The notes beneath the pieces were generated by a model. The model saw only the letters and a program-made list of their open reading frames with translations, searched no databases and had not been told where the DNA came from. From positions 157,680-221,679 of the IMG/VR virus record IMGVR_UViG_3300017971_000190: a stretch of 64,000 nucleotides of DNA; one strand, 5' to 3'. Shown in pieces: positions 37,934 to 48,391 of the stretch; positions within the stretch are counted from its first letter, which is position 1; each line of letters starts with the position of its first letter. The position numbers were made by a program, and so were the translations under genes.

Positions 37934-39811
37934 TTACGCCTCACCATAAGGAGCAGCAATCCATAAAACTTCCACCAATCCATTGATATTATTTGCTCCC
38001 ATATTTATTGTAAAGCCAGCAGCTGTTTTGTTTTCTACAGCAGGTGAAAATTGAACATGGAAAGATGTAACACAGGTCAAAGAAATAGAATAATCAGCAT
38101 TGGTGTAAGCAGTTGCAAAAACAACAGAAGCTTTTTTTGGATTTCCGGCAAAACTAGCAGCTACTACATGATCGGCCTTCATTCCAAGTGCGGGACCACC
38201 AACACGTAAGTTACCTATTTGTATTTTCTTTTTGTTATTTGCGTCAGCACTATCTTCTACCAATAAAATATCTGTATCTATAGGGTCAGCTTTTTCAACA
38301 AATGTAGTAAAATCAGCTGCTCCTCTTTTTAACTGAGCATCATCAGTTACATTTCCAAGTCCAACATCAGATTTTGTAACATCATGGGGATTACCAACTA
38401 CAGTACCACGATGCGTTGTATTGGCAGCAACATCAGCATTTGCAGAAACTCTACCTTCAGTGTAATAAAGATTTACCCCTTCAGTTAAATGGGAAGTGGT
38501 TTTAGTTCCTAACCAAGTATCTGCCCTTCCGTCAGTATGGTATTGTGCATGATCATCTGACCCAAGCCCCAATAAATTAGCATGAACAAGCGTAGATCCA
38601 ACCGAACCAGCCATTCCGTAACCAAAAATTCGACTTAAAATAGGTCTTATGTCATATAAACGGTTAGAAATAGAAGTGTCATTTTTTTGACATACAATAT
38701 AAGCAAGATAAACAACACCACCTTTTGTTAATGCATTTGGTAGTGTTGGAAGCGCACCTTTAAGAGCTTCAGTTTCGGTAGCGTATTCAGCTTGACCAAA
38801 GGAATAGTAAACTGAACCGGTAGAAGTACGAACCAGTACATCTTTTTTCCAGTAACTATCGGTCATAGTTACTAAGGCACTAGCTTCTGGTTGTGTTCTA
38901 TCATTCCATTGTGTTGTATTAACATGATTAAGATTATTAGTATCTACTACCCAGTCATTATCTGTTGTTTTATAGAATTTGGTAAATGTACTAGTATCTC
39001 CTACATCAAATTCATTTAATTGAATGAAAAATTTACCAGATGTAATATTAAGTTCTAAAAAATCTGGATCTGCTTTTTCAGCTACAATGCATCCACTTTC
39101 TGCCAGCGTACCAATTCCCAAACGAGCAAAATTATGCACCATCGTCTGAAAAGATTCAATAACATTTTGTGTATTAGAAAATCCTAGTACAATAGAATTT
39201 GTTGGGTCAGTTCTTATGTAACCAACTTTAGCTAAATTAGTATTAGGGAAAGAAGATGTTACACTAACTGCCCCATCTTTATCAATAGAGATATAGTTAT
39301 CTCCAGCAAATAAGGTGTTCCCTGAAACAGGATTAGTCCATTCAGGAAAATAAAGAACCCCTCCATCTTTGACTAAAGCAGAACCAGCAGAAATGGAAAA
39401 ACCGATTCCACCTGTTAAAGATAAATTGGCCCCACTTACAATTCCTGTACCAGTAGATGCTGCAAAAGGAGCTAATCCGTCTGCTAGAGATGACATTGTA
39501 GGAATTGTATCTGTACCACCAATTCCCGAATTTTCTAAAGCTGCTTTTGTTGCAGAATTGGGAACATTTGTAGCGTTAAGATGTAAATTAAAAACTTGAA
39601 CAAGTCCAGAATATGTACCAGTAAGAGTAATGGTAAAAGAATTGGTTGGATCAGTAGTATCGGGAGTTACAGAGCTAATTAAATCAGCTCTGACTTTGCT
39701 CCCAATAACAACTTGAAGTCCAAGAGAATCTGTATTTTGTCCATGATTTAGTACTATGGTATTAGTAGTACTAAAAGACTGCGTAAAAACTAATTCTACA
39801 ACATTGGCCAT
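37934..39811 (-). CDS. fibre-like structural protein
   Basis: Thr/Gly/Ser rich; NPHDVTKSDVGLGNV and DDHAQYH fibre motifs. Confidence 0.65.
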   Translation of the reverse strand: MANVVELVFTQSFSTTNTIVLNHGQNTDSLGLQVVIGSKVRADLISSVTPDTTDPTNSFTITLTGTYSGLVQVFNLHLNATNVPNSATKAALENSGIGGTDTIPTMSSLADGLAPFAASTGTGIVSGANLSLTGGIGFSISAGSALVKDGGVLYFPEWTNPVSGNTLFAGDNYISIDKDGAVSVTSSFPNTNLAKVGYIRTDPTNSIVLGFSNTQNVIESFQTMVHNFARLGIGTLAESGCIVAEKADPDFLELNITSGKFFIQLNEFDVGDTSTFTKFYKTTDNDWVVDTNNLNHVNTTQWNDRTQPEASALVTMTDSYWKKDVLVRTSTGSVYYSFGQAEYATETEALKGALPTLPNALTKGGVVYLAYIVCQKNDTSISNRLYDIRPILSRIFGYGMAGSVGSTLVHANLLGLGSDDHAQYHTDGRADTWLGTKTTSHLTEGVNLYYTEGRVSANADVAANTTHRGTVVGNPHDVTKSDVGLGNVTDDAQLKRGAADFTTFVEKADPIDTDILLVEDSADANNKKKIQIGNLRVGGPALGMKADHVVAASFAGNPKKASVVFATAYTNADYSISLTCVTSFHVQFSPAVENKTAAGFTINMGANNINGLVEVLWIAAPYGEA

Positions 39812-39814
39812 TGT

Positions 39815-41086
39815 TTAGACTCTTTCACCAAGTGAAAAATTAGATCCGCTTACTTCTACTTCTAGTACTGCAATATCTGCTCCATTTAACGTAGCAGCTT
39901 CAAACATAAATACTATTATATCGCCTTCATAATAATTAGAAATATCAATTCCAGAAAATTCTAATGCAATAAATTTATTTGTTTGTGAAACGTCTACATT
40001 TGTGTGAGTCACTGTTTGAGCAGCCTTTGCTGTTCTACTTTCCGTATTAGCAAGTGTTCTTGGAACTGGAACTATTCCTCCTGTAGGGTCTGCTTCCAGT
40101 ACACCTACAACTTCAGTAGGTAAGCATGATAAAGTACAAGTAGCAGGAGATGTTCCTGTTGAAGTGGGAATATATATTATATAAAAATTAAGAGGAAGAG
40201 ATGTATCGATTCCACGTGGTAGTGAAAACTGATAATTAATTATGTCACCATTAGAATTTAAAAGGCAATTTTTAAGAATATGTGACCACTGTGTAGGAGT
40301 ACCTCCAGCTCCTACTGTTAGTACAGCATTTGTTACGCCACCACTTTCCCCAAAAACATTTCCACTAGTTGCAAGAACTTTTCTAAACCTAGATAATCCT
40401 CTAAGTACAAATGCTCCATTAGAAGAAATAGCAACATGTCCACTTGGAACTAATTTCCACCACTCGAATACTGGGGCAGTTGTTAAATTGTTGGTAATTC
40501 TAAATCGTGCCCAATATAGATTTTTCCCATTTATTGATTTTTTAACCCAAACAGTATCGCTAGCAATTCCAAAATTCACACACTCTTTATTAGCAGATCG
40601 GATAAATATTTCATTTGCATACTTGTATAAATTTGGTGATCCACAAGCCATTACCCCAACTGATACCCACTGAGAACCATTCCAGATTTCTACTACAAAA
40701 GAGCGTTTTACAATTTCTACAGCTGCTGTTACAATATATGCGCCTATTCCATAATGTTTGGCTTTATCAGCGCTTTCGATATCATCAACTTCACTCCCAA
40801 CTAAAATAGTATGATTAGCAGCTGTTCCTTGAAAAGAAAATGTAGAACCACTTTCGCTAGCAGCTTCAGCACTTACATCTATAAAATTTCCTCCATCTGT
40901 TGTTGGTGTAGCAGTAGCATCTGTTGTTAAAACCACCATTCCTTCTGTATATGGCAAACCTCGTCCAAGTGCAACTTCACCTCCGTCACCAGCAGTACCA
41001 ACATTTAGAGATTCGATGTCAATTTCATGACCTTCTTCTCTACCGTATCCACCATTGTCTCTTACTATGGGATGTTTTGCTGACAT
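39815..41086 (-). CDS. beta-rich structural protein
   Basis: 423 aa within the fibre cluster. Confidence 0.55.
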   Translation of the reverse strand: MSAKHPIVRDNGGYGREEGHEIDIESLNVGTAGDGGEVALGRGLPYTEGMVVLTTDATATPTTDGGNFIDVSAEAASESGSTFSFQGTAANHTILVGSEVDDIESADKAKHYGIGAYIVTAAVEIVKRSFVVEIWNGSQWVSVGVMACGSPNLYKYANEIFIRSANKECVNFGIASDTVWVKKSINGKNLYWARFRITNNLTTAPVFEWWKLVPSGHVAISSNGAFVLRGLSRFRKVLATSGNVFGESGGVTNAVLTVGAGGTPTQWSHILKNCLLNSNGDIINYQFSLPRGIDTSLPLNFYIIYIPTSTGTSPATCTLSCLPTEVVGVLEADPTGGIVPVPRTLANTESRTAKAAQTVTHTNVDVSQTNKFIALEFSGIDISNYYEGDIIVFMFEAATLNGADIAVLEVEVSGSNFSLGERV

Positions 41087-41092
41087 TATATT

Positions 41093-43858
41093 TTAAACCC
41101 TAACCGGTACATCCGGATCAATTATAATTACACAGCGTTGATTGCCACCATAATTACTAGCATCTAAAATTATTCCTGCTTTAGTTTGAAAATTATTTGA
41201 ATTTTTAATAGGAACGTCGTTTCTAAATTGCCCAGGATTAACCCAACTCAAAATAGCTGGATCTCCAGCAACAGGAGCAGGTACCAAAGCAGCATCAAAT
41301 TGTACTTCTACTTTTCCTGAATTTACTACTTCTCCTATGACAGCATTGTACACACCAACAAAGGTAGCTGATTTAAAAGAACCTGTGGCAGCAGAACAAT
41401 CTGTAGGGGAAATAGTATTATCCGCACTTACATATCCAGCTTGATACTGAACCATAGCAGAAGTATCAAGCCCGTTTATTTTTAACTCTTCATGATAATG
41501 TAAACCGTCAGCATTTGAGCCATCTAAAAGTGTATCCACATTGCTAGAAGTAAAGTTAGGAGTGGTTAATGCAACTCCCCCAATACTAAACCCTGTACCA
41601 CTTGGAACATCTAGCGTCGTAACATTGGTTTGAAGGTCTACTAAAGTAGAAGTGGCGTATATATCACCATTTATGTCTAAACGAGGAATTGAAAAATCCC
41701 CACCAATTAGTGGAGTAGCCGTACTACTATTGGCGATGTATAATTTATTACTTCCAAGTTCATTTTGCCCAGCATTGTGGCCGAGCATAACATTTCCACT
41801 CGCAGCACCAGTTAAACTGAGCCCAGTACTATTACCGATGCAAACATTTTGGCTTCCTGTGAGACCTACTCCAAGATCTCCCAAAGCACTTGACCCGACA
41901 GCTACATTATTATCTCCAGCTGTAGCACCGTAATGAGCACGAACCCCTACAGAAACATTATTTGATCCGGAAATTAAATTAACACTTGCGCTGCGTCCTA
42001 GTGCAGTATTATTAGATCCTCCAGAAGCTGCTTCAAGTGCTTTGTGACCTACAGCCGTGCTACTACTGCTGGCTCCATCTCTAAGAGCATGCCAACCAAC
42101 AGCAGTATTTCGAGTAGTTCCAGTTGTAACTGAACATGTTTCTTCACCTATGGCAACTGTTTCAGCAGTAGAATTACTTCCACTCATAGCATTGTAGCCA
42201 ACAGCTACATTTGAATACCCATTAGTAAGGGCTACTAAAGAATTTTCTCCTACGCCTACATTTGCTCCACCAGTAAGAGTAAAATTACCTGAATTTAATC
42301 CTAAGAAAGTATTGTTGGTGCCGTAAATGTGTAACGCTGGAGTAGTATCAAAAGAAAGAACACCAACAGTAGAAGAAATAGTAATTGGTAAATCAAAACG
42401 ATTGAAATAAATATTGGCCCCCCTATTTAAAGAGGTTCCTATATCCAACCCGGTAACTAAGACATCTGTTTTAATATCTACATAAAGTCCCGCTGGATTA
42501 AGACCAAAAAATTGAGTGTACCCAATTTCGTTTAGATCAGCTACGTCAGTAGGGTTGGTTTTATGTTCAAGCCAAAGAGTTGACGTTGGGCCAATTAAGC
42601 GAGTTCTGAATGCTTCTACGTTACCAGTCCCATCTCCCGCAGCAACAACATGTCCAGCTACTTCTCCAGTTGCACCATTTGCATCGTAGTTAATTACAAA
42701 AGGTTCAGCAGATGTTTGTAGAAGATCTGCATTGATCGTCAATTCACTAGAAGTAAAATCTCCATAAATTAATGGAGGATTGACAGTATTATTTGAAATA
42801 TAAAGTTTGTTACTTCCTACTTCATTTTGACCAGCTCTCCAACCGATAAAGACATTTTCAGATCCAGTAGCATTAATACCAGCTTGATAACCTACTACTG
42901 TATTCTTACTTCCAGTTAGATTATTTTGAAGAGAGTCTGTTCCGATTGCTATATTTTGATCACCACCAGTATGTAATTCGAGAGCACTATTACCAATGGC
43001 AATACAATCTCTAGAAGCTACTGAAGAATAAAATGATCTGTATCCTATTGCAACATTGTCATGACCATTATCATTGGAATAAAGGGCTTCATGGCCAAGT
43101 GCGGTGTTAGCGTCTCCAACTGTAATTTGATAGCCAGCTCTATACCCGACAACAGTATTATTAGCTGCGGTGGTTGTAGCTTTAAGAGTTTCTTTTCCTA
43201 TTGCTGTATTGCCTGAACCGGTGAGAGTTAGATTTCCAGAATCAGATCCTAAAAATAGGTTATTTACCCAGTAAGAGTGTAAAAATCTTTTTGAGTCTAC
43301 AAAAATAATTCCTTCAGGAACCGAGGTAGTAGAAGGTAAATAAATATTTGGACCGGAAATACTACCAGCATCTAAGGCGTCAGCGTAAAGTGTCCCAGCT
43401 CTATTGGCAGGATCTCCTAAATCATACCCTGTGGCATAAAAGTTATTATCAATATTTACAATACCAGTTCCATGTGGATCTAGTGTAATATCCCCATTAT
43501 TAGAAGTGGTAATTGTTTGGCCGTTTATCAGTGTGGTGGTAGCATCAATGCTGAAAGGAATTTCAACACTAAGAGTTCCACCATAAAAACGATGAGCACC
43601 AAAAGCAGGAACTGTAAAAGAACCACCACCCCCTACTTTTAAATCAGCTCCTCCATCAGTTCTTAGTTCTGCACCAACCCCCCATACTTGAAAATCATGT
43701 CCATTTTCTACATACACATCTTTTTGAGTAGGAGAACCTCCAATTGTTAATCGACCAGACTGGGGAGCAATATTGCCAGCAAGAAGAGTATCTGTATCTG
43801 CAATTTCCCCATGAATGCGTTGAATGACATCAAAATATACTGTTCTATAGCTTCCCAC
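41093..43858 (-). CDS. fibre/adhesin with YadA-like beta-roll repeats
   Basis: Many approx. 14-aa repeats NTA(I/V)G..AL....G..N in two arrays; C-terminal cement-like module. Confidence 0.75.
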   Translation of the reverse strand: MGSYRTVYFDVIQRIHGEIADTDTLLAGNIAPQSGRLTIGGSPTQKDVYVENGHDFQVWGVGAELRTDGGADLKVGGGGSFTVPAFGAHRFYGGTLSVEIPFSIDATTTLINGQTITTSNNGDITLDPHGTGIVNIDNNFYATGYDLGDPANRAGTLYADALDAGSISGPNIYLPSTTSVPEGIIFVDSKRFLHSYWVNNLFLGSDSGNLTLTGSGNTAIGKETLKATTTAANNTVVGYRAGYQITVGDANTALGHEALYSNDNGHDNVAIGYRSFYSSVASRDCIAIGNSALELHTGGDQNIAIGTDSLQNNLTGSKNTVVGYQAGINATGSENVFIGWRAGQNEVGSNKLYISNNTVNPPLIYGDFTSSELTINADLLQTSAEPFVINYDANGATGEVAGHVVAAGDGTGNVEAFRTRLIGPTSTLWLEHKTNPTDVADLNEIGYTQFFGLNPAGLYVDIKTDVLVTGLDIGTSLNRGANIYFNRFDLPITISSTVGVLSFDTTPALHIYGTNNTFLGLNSGNFTLTGGANVGVGENSLVALTNGYSNVAVGYNAMSGSNSTAETVAIGEETCSVTTGTTRNTAVGWHALRDGASSSSTAVGHKALEAASGGSNNTALGRSASVNLISGSNNVSVGVRAHYGATAGDNNVAVGSSALGDLGVGLTGSQNVCIGNSTGLSLTGAASGNVMLGHNAGQNELGSNKLYIANSSTATPLIGGDFSIPRLDINGDIYATSTLVDLQTNVTTLDVPSGTGFSIGGVALTTPNFTSSNVDTLLDGSNADGLHYHEELKINGLDTSAMVQYQAGYVSADNTISPTDCSAATGSFKSATFVGVYNAVIGEVVNSGKVEVQFDAALVPAPVAGDPAILSWVNPGQFRNDVPIKNSNNFQTKAGIILDASNYGGNQRCVIIIDPDVPVRV

Positions 43859-43861
43859 GAT

Positions 43862-44617
43862 TTAAGCCTTCTTTAAAGGTAATCCCAATTGTACAACTAA
43901 AATAGATGTAGTCTTAGCATAACCAACTTGCTGAACTACATTCCCGCTAGTATTGGGAGGAGTATTGGTTATGGCACCAGCTGTGGAAGGATCTACATAA
44001 TAGTACAAATCAGCAGTTAAAGCTCCAGCAAAACCGCCTATCTCTCCCGAACGATTAATAATACATGTAGTAGCCGTAGGCTTGGAAATAACAACACCTA
44101 CAGCTGGCATTGTACTTGTAGAATCTGCTTTTGCTTTGTCTACACTGCTAGCACCAGTTTGATATACAACGTCTCTTACGGCTACAGTAGCAGGACAATT
44201 CCATTCTGTTTCTAAAACTTCAATGTCAGGAATAGGATCTACACCCGTAAATACATGAGTAACACCGTGTGGAATAGGTGCTCCACCTGGACCAATTATT
44301 ACTCCATCTGTATCATGAGTAGCATCTCCCCCCGTTTTCATTCTTAAATTATTAGTAGCATCTACCCAAAGATGATAGGTACCTAAACGGAATTTATCAG
44401 GACCGAACCATGCAGAATCATAATGAACAGAAGTAGCATCTAAATCAACAATTTTAATTTGACCATTTCTTAAAAGAATGTCATATCGTTTATCATTTAT
44501 TGTTTTATCATACTCTATATGAGGGAAAGTGCGCGAAGAACGACTTCCCAAAACCCCATTTAAGGGACTGGAAAGTGATATAGCCTGTTGAGTAAGATTA
44601 TCTATTCTTAAGCCCAC
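43862..44617 (-). CDS. structural protein with tailspike-like and capsid-cement-like modules
   Basis: FRLGTYHLWVDATNNLRMK..TDGVIIG and a C-terminal AVGVV..YYVDPSTAG..QQVGYA module. Confidence 0.6.
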   Translation of the reverse strand: MGLRIDNLTQQAISLSSPLNGVLGSRSSRTFPHIEYDKTINDKRYDILLRNGQIKIVDLDATSVHYDSAWFGPDKFRLGTYHLWVDATNNLRMKTGGDATHDTDGVIIGPGGAPIPHGVTHVFTGVDPIPDIEVLETEWNCPATVAVRDVVYQTGASSVDKAKADSTSTMPAVGVVISKPTATTCIINRSGEIGGFAGALTADLYYYVDPSTAGAITNTPPNTSGNVVQQVGYAKTTSILVVQLGLPLKKA

Positions 44618-44625
44618 GTTTTCAC

Positions 44626-45453
44626 CTAAGGTCGATAGTCTTTCAATATTTTTTTGATTTTGCTATTTATGGTACCATCCTTTATTCTACCATTAATTAA
44701 GTCAGAAATATTAAATTCCCAGTTTAATTTTTGACTCTTAAATATACCAGGAGCTGTAATTACATCATGACCGCCTACAGGTTTATTTTCAGAAAGAGGT
44801 GACAAGTTGACAGCGCTTAGACGCAATTGAGCGTCAGAACAATCTTGTTGGAGTTCCTCTTCGTAAAAACTTAAATCTCCACCAATATCTCTAGCTTCAT
44901 CAATAGATACAATTATGTAGGCAAAATACTCTGTAAATCCAGCGCCCATTTTTTTACGATAATAAACAGAACCACCATACCGTTTAATTCTATTTACTAA
45001 TTTTCGGTGAGCACCCCTACTTTCGTCTGTGTGCCACCAAATACTAATAAATGCTTTATCGTCAAATTTTTTACCACGGGTAAGTGGTTTTTCTTTAGAT
45101 TTAGGGCCTTTTTGTTTAACCAAATAAGTCCCTTGATCTGTCTTTTTCCACCTGTAACCAGCTGGAGGATTAGAACTAATCTTTTTAATTAGCCCCTGAA
45201 TAAATTTACCACTTGGCACGTCTACTCTAGCCATAGCAGCTGCTAACTGTTCAATTAGGTCATCAGGAACAAATTCAGTAGGCACACGGGCAGTTTTCTC
45301 CTCTTTAGAAAGGAGCCCCTCTAACCAACCGATTACTTGTTCCTTGGAAAGCCTAAGACGATAAATTATAGAAAATAAACGGTTGGCAACTATGTTGACT
45401 AGATCGTACCAGCCTGCAACCTTATAGGTTAGGCCCGCTAATCGTAAAGGCAT
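44626..45453 (-). CDS. hypothetical protein
   Basis: 275 aa; YKVA and EKTA motifs. Confidence 0.65.
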   Translation of the reverse strand: MPLRLAGLTYKVAGWYDLVNIVANRLFSIIYRLRLSKEQVIGWLEGLLSKEEKTARVPTEFVPDDLIEQLAAAMARVDVPSGKFIQGLIKKISSNPPAGYRWKKTDQGTYLVKQKGPKSKEKPLTRGKKFDDKAFISIWWHTDESRGAHRKLVNRIKRYGGSVYYRKKMGAGFTEYFAYIIVSIDEARDIGGDLSFYEEELQQDCSDAQLRLSAVNLSPLSENKPVGGHDVITAPGIFKSQKLNWEFNISDLINGRIKDGTINSKIKKILKDYRP

Positions 45454-45489
45454 AGCTACGCAATTCTGTTTAGTGTTTAAAAATAAATT

Positions 45490-46266
45490 CTAGAGTTTTA
45501 CTAATTTTGTAGCAAAACCGCGATCTCCGTAGGCTTTAGTAAAAAAGTCAATTAATTCTTGCTCTGACATTTTTTTATCGCCTTCAGCAGCTTCTACTAC
45601 GTTCATAACAGAAGGCCGAAGTGTATCGATCGTAACACCATTTGCTTCAATTTTTACTTTATCACCATCAACAGCCAGTACTTGGCCTTCTAAGACACTT
45701 CCCTGATGCGTAAAAGCAACTTTATCACCAACATCAACGGCACTATAACCAACAGTACGGAGATCGTCTAAACGAGGACGTTTATGATAACTAGCAGTGC
45801 GAGTTGTTTTTTCGTGGTCTTTCAAAAGCTCGTCAAGATTCTCAGTTTCAAGTCTGGCTAAGAAACGAGCACCGTCTTTTTCACGTAATTCCCAAATGGC
45901 ATTGTTTTCATCTTGCCACTGAGAAACGCCTACTTTAACCATTCCTTGACGAACGTACTCCTCAGGCACAACTTGAGGAATCTTAAAAACAGACGCAGTA
46001 ATTAGCTTATCTTCGGGATGAAGCTCAATTGTCTCAAGCATTACTCTAAGCTGACCATCAAAACTAGCAGTAAAAAAGCGGTCAATATCCATACGTTTTG
46101 GAATACCAAGCTCTGGATTAAAACCTACTAGAACTTTAGCCGTCCTTTTGTCGGCCATTTTGTGATGCCACAAACACAGGTCAAAACGGCTTTTTCCTGT
46201 TTTTTGCGCTACTTTTGCCATGCGCTGATTGAATTTGGCGTTGAGGCGAGCGGGATCAAAACTCAT
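45490..46266 (-). CDS. putative head-associated protein
   Basis: Start moved to ATG 46266 (AAGGAG SD); MAKVA and TRTAS motifs; C-terminal SH3-like segment. Confidence 0.55.
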   Translation of the reverse strand: MSFDPARLNAKFNQRMAKVAQKTGKSRFDLCLWHHKMADKRTAKVLVGFNPELGIPKRMDIDRFFTASFDGQLRVMLETIELHPEDKLITASVFKIPQVVPEEYVRQGMVKVGVSQWQDENNAIWELREKDGARFLARLETENLDELLKDHEKTTRTASYHKRPRLDDLRTVGYSAVDVGDKVAFTHQGSVLEGQVLAVDGDKVKIEANGVTIDTLRPSVMNVVEAAEGDKKMSEQELIDFFTKAYGDRGFATKLVKL

Positions 46267-46344
46267 TTCGGAACTCCTTTTTACGTTAAAGCACACTACA
46301 AAGCGCGCACTTCACCTTAACTGATAGCTCTACCAACTTGTCTC

Positions 46345-46358
46345 TATAAAGTAACTTA
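46345..46358 (-). promoter_or_regulatory. candidate late-promoter motif (copy 3)
   Basis: TAAGTTACTTTATA. Confidence 0.35.
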
Positions 46359-46369
46359 AGATGACTGCT

Positions 46370-47215
46370 TTAAGCAGAAGGAAATGACAGATTGTAGGTA
46401 GTACACAAACGCTCCAAAGAAGCTCTATCTAATCCTAAACTGGTACTAATAACATTGAAAGATGAAAAGCTCTCTAAACAACAACGAAGAACTTTATTTA
46501 TAGGAAGTCCAAAATCTTGCTCTACTTTTAAAACATGAGGGGGTTTAAAATTGTAGCAATTTGTACTACAGTAAGAAATTCCCTTTTTAGTAACTTTGGA
46601 AGAGAGCCGTTTTTCACAGACAGGGCATACAGAAGAGGACAAAATCCTGTATTGACGATCTACTAAACTTTCTTCCTCAATTTTCTTTTTTAAGGCCGAT
46701 TGTCTTAATTTAAGCAAAGCTCCATTAAGGATCTTTTTCAATTCGTTGGTAGAAATTCCGGTAAGAATTGTTAGCTCATTATAGCTAAGAGAAGTACGTT
46801 TCTTTTTAGTTTGTTTGTTTTCTTCTTCTTCATTCTGTTTTGTAACATAATCTAAAATACAATTATTGCACCAGCTTTTTCCTGGAGTATGGAATAAACA
46901 ACTTTCTAGTCCACATGGCTGGTACATGGTAATATTCAACTCAGGACACTGATAAGAATTTCGGACAAGTAATTTTGGGTGAAAAGTATCACTAAGAAGA
47001 TAAGTATCTTCAAAAATTTCGTTTAAAATGGAAAATAATTCTAGAGAGTTTTCAGAGGGTTGTTTTTCATAAAGTAGTAAAATAGTTTCTAAAAGTCCTG
47101 AACAAGGGCAGCTATCTTCTTCAGGATTACAACAGGGAATGTCTTTTTTAAACATTCCTTCCTCACGTAAAAACTTGACTAGTATCTCGTAAAGGGGTTT
47201 GAAAGCACACGGCAT
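46370..47215 (-). CDS. sigma70 region-4-like HTH protein with Cys clusters (putative transcription regulator)
   Basis: LSYNELTILTGISTNELKKILNGALLKLR; CP..C..C..C cluster; CPVC..YCSTNC. Confidence 0.65.
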   Translation of the reverse strand: MPCAFKPLYEILVKFLREEGMFKKDIPCCNPEEDSCPCSGLLETILLLYEKQPSENSLELFSILNEIFEDTYLLSDTFHPKLLVRNSYQCPELNITMYQPCGLESCLFHTPGKSWCNNCILDYVTKQNEEEENKQTKKKRTSLSYNELTILTGISTNELKKILNGALLKLRQSALKKKIEEESLVDRQYRILSSSVCPVCEKRLSSKVTKKGISYCSTNCYNFKPPHVLKVEQDFGLPINKVLRCCLESFSSFNVISTSLGLDRASLERLCTTYNLSFPSA

Positions 47216-47344
47216 TTTTATTTTGTTCTCCCATCGGAAAAAGAGGTTGTTCTATCTTTGTTTAACAAAGTAGTCTATAAAATAAAGTACCGGTGTTACT
47301 GTTTAAACAGGCGGTTTTGTAAATCAAAGTCCAAGGAGACCAAA

Positions 47345-48346
47345 ATGCAAAACAGAGATTTCCCCTACTTCAGCTGTACTGTTGTCTTTGTAGACGAAAA
47401 AGGAAAAGAGGTAACTCAAACCGATTTCCCCACTCTACAAAAATTCTTTTTAGCTTGGAAGGAAGGAGAATTAAAAAGGAGGGTTAAAATCGTAGAAAAA
47501 GAAGATGGAGTTTTAAACTCCTACTTTAAAAAAGTAGAAAACGATACTAGAGCAGCTTTATTAAGTTTAACATTTAATTTGCAAGAATGTTATGATTGGC
47601 TTAATGTACATTTAGGATTGAGCAATCATATTTTAGCTTATCAGAAAATAGAAATGGGAGCACATGCCCGAGTTAGAATTCCTAAAAATGATTTGGTATT
47701 CTTTGCAGCACCTGGTGATTCCGCAGAATCTGCTGCCAAAGTAGGGTTTGTTTTTGTTCCATCCCTACCCATAGAATTTAATTTTGAAAGAAAACGGGGA
47801 GAGTTTAAGGACAATCCCAAAAAGGTAGTAGAAGAATTTCTAAATGAAATGGTAAAAGAAACTATTGCTAAAGACAATGCTACCGTAGTATTTTTACTCA
47901 AACAGGGGGCACAAGACACGGTGCTTTGCGAACAATTTTCTCCAGCATCTTTTAATACTATTAGGCATAAACTTTGGGAAAAACAAATACCAGCCCCCAC
48001 ACTGCTGACTACTCCAGCGGTATTAGCTTTTATAGTGGAAGAAGCTCAGTGGTTTTATCCAGATAATAAAAGTAATTGGGCAACAGGACAAGTTGGAAAA
48101 TTTGGAGATGTGTCTATTATTTGTGGTGGCTCTGAAAAAGATGAGTTTGGTTGTGGTCTCGATTTTACAGATTACTTCATGTTTGGACCACCCCAAAAAG
48201 TGGGCGTAAGAACTGAAAAAATTCCAATAGAAATAGAATCCATAGACAAGTCTATTTTAGGGGTTTCTTTAATGGGGTGGAGCCTTTATGGATCTCGGGG
48301 CACACTGATATTTGGCAGTGGAATTTCCCACGCCAAAATTGGATAG
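47345..48346 (+). CDS. divergent HK97-fold major-capsid-like protein
   Basis: Only plus-strand gene; AAGGAG SD before ATG 47345; segments such as FVFVPSLPIEFN, TGQVGKFGD and FGPPQKVGV..GWSLYGSRG resemble large-phage MCPs as I recall them. Confidence 0.55.
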   Translation: MQNRDFPYFSCTVVFVDEKGKEVTQTDFPTLQKFFLAWKEGELKRRVKIVEKEDGVLNSYFKKVENDTRAALLSLTFNLQECYDWLNVHLGLSNHILAYQKIEMGAHARVRIPKNDLVFFAAPGDSAESAAKVGFVFVPSLPIEFNFERKRGEFKDNPKKVVEEFLNEMVKETIAKDNATVVFLLKQGAQDTVLCEQFSPASFNTIRHKLWEKQIPAPTLLTTPAVLAFIVEEAQWFYPDNKSNWATGQVGKFGDVSIICGGSEKDEFGCGLDFTDYFMFGPPQKVGVRTEKIPIEIESIDKSILGVSLMGWSLYGSRGTLIFGSGISHAKIG

Positions 48347-48391
48347 TAGTGTATATTTTAGAGGAAGGAGGGGAGAAAGGGAGGGATTGGT

